From the NCBI GenBank assembly GCA_002633005.1, contig NMRA01000008.1:626985-690984 (forward strand): 64,000 nt of DNA, in the 5' to 3' direction. Positions 63,090 to 64,000 of this stretch are shown one piece after another. The translations under genes and the position numbers were made by a program. The notes under the pieces are model-generated. The model saw only the letters and a program-made list of their open reading frames with translations. It made no database searches and was not told the DNA's origin. Position 1 is the stretch's first letter, and every line of letters begins with the position of its first letter. Source of the stretch: Phoronis australis. Lineage: Eukaryota > Animalia > Phoronida.

Positions 63090-64000
63090 AATACAAACTC
63101 TAATCATATTTTCTTTAAAACATTTCTATGTCTTTTTACACACAGAAACGAAGGCTGTACACTATTTACTTCGCCAGTTCCGCAGAGTCCAGCGTCTAAA
63201 ACATCTGATTGGTCTTTAGGTAGGAAGTCGTCATCGAAAACCAATCAGATGTATTTGCCGGTTGACCCGGCGGAACCGGCCAAGTTAACCAAAAAGTGTA
63301 CCCGAAACGAAACATAATGGAAGTTACATTACAAATAATAACATGGAATCGTTCGTCGCTCTTCTGCCTGAGAAATGTTGTGACAACTTCATCATATAGT
63401 ACGCGAAAGCTTCATTCAGATCAAACGATTTATTTTAAAGAGACCATCGATTTATCGATCTTCACGTGTCGTATAAAACAATTTGTTATTCCATAACATA
63501 CACTTCACCCAAGTGGCTTGGTCGATAAAATTTTGAGTTCTCGTTTAACGCGTTAGAATGTTTGCACGATCTCGATTTTGTATCTGATACATCGCTTACT
63601 GGTTTCATTTTCATAAAGTTTTCGTTATAATCAAAATTCTTTAGTAACTACCTGGTTAATGTAAATAAAAAACATGCGCCTGAAATCCCTGTTATCTTCA
63701 AAGAATCGTTTTATTATTTTTTACTCTCAATGGATAGATTTTTCTAACATGTTTTTAACATCGTTTTGTTTAGCTTTTCACTTTTGCTTGATTTCTGTTT
63801 CCCATACGTTTTGTTGACCTAAGTGGCATATGAAATGGTGACTTTATGCATAAAATTGCTTTTAATATTTCAAGTTTTTAAAAACCTTCGTTTTGACCAG
63901 TGCCAAGTGGTGTGAATTCATTTTTGTTTTTGCTTTCTTTCACTGACTTAAAAATCTCGCTTAAGTCTCGTTACGCGTTATTCACAAAACGTTTGGTTTT

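Overview
AT-rich eukaryotic DNA from an invertebrate animal (spliceosomal introns, an ANTP-class homeobox gene, many MITEs); the species cannot be fixed from sequence alone. Two spliced protein-coding genes were reconstructed by hand, both on the minus strand and both with GT-AG sites in consistent phase. (1) Emx/empty spiracles, 3 exons, 282 aa, 18272->6665. (2) A 10-exon secreted ADAMTS-like gene without a protease domain, 485 aa, 46647->31567 (signal peptide-TSR-Cys-rich-spacer-TSR-degenerate TSR-TSR). A complete tRNA-Thr(AGT) gene with an 18-nt canonical intron lies at 55829-55920 (-), followed about 35 bp later by what looks like a two-exon non-coding or pseudogenic unit. The rest is regulatory or intergenic DNA with many transposon relics: two decayed LINEs, a hAT transposase remnant, two Kolobok-type elements (one starting a THAP ORF across an N gap), a Harbinger-type MITE whose arm appears to have seeded a 30-bp minisatellite, a nested-palindrome foldback and several MITE families. 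Almost all short ORFs in the supplied track are spurious. All analyses were done by eye, with no database searches.
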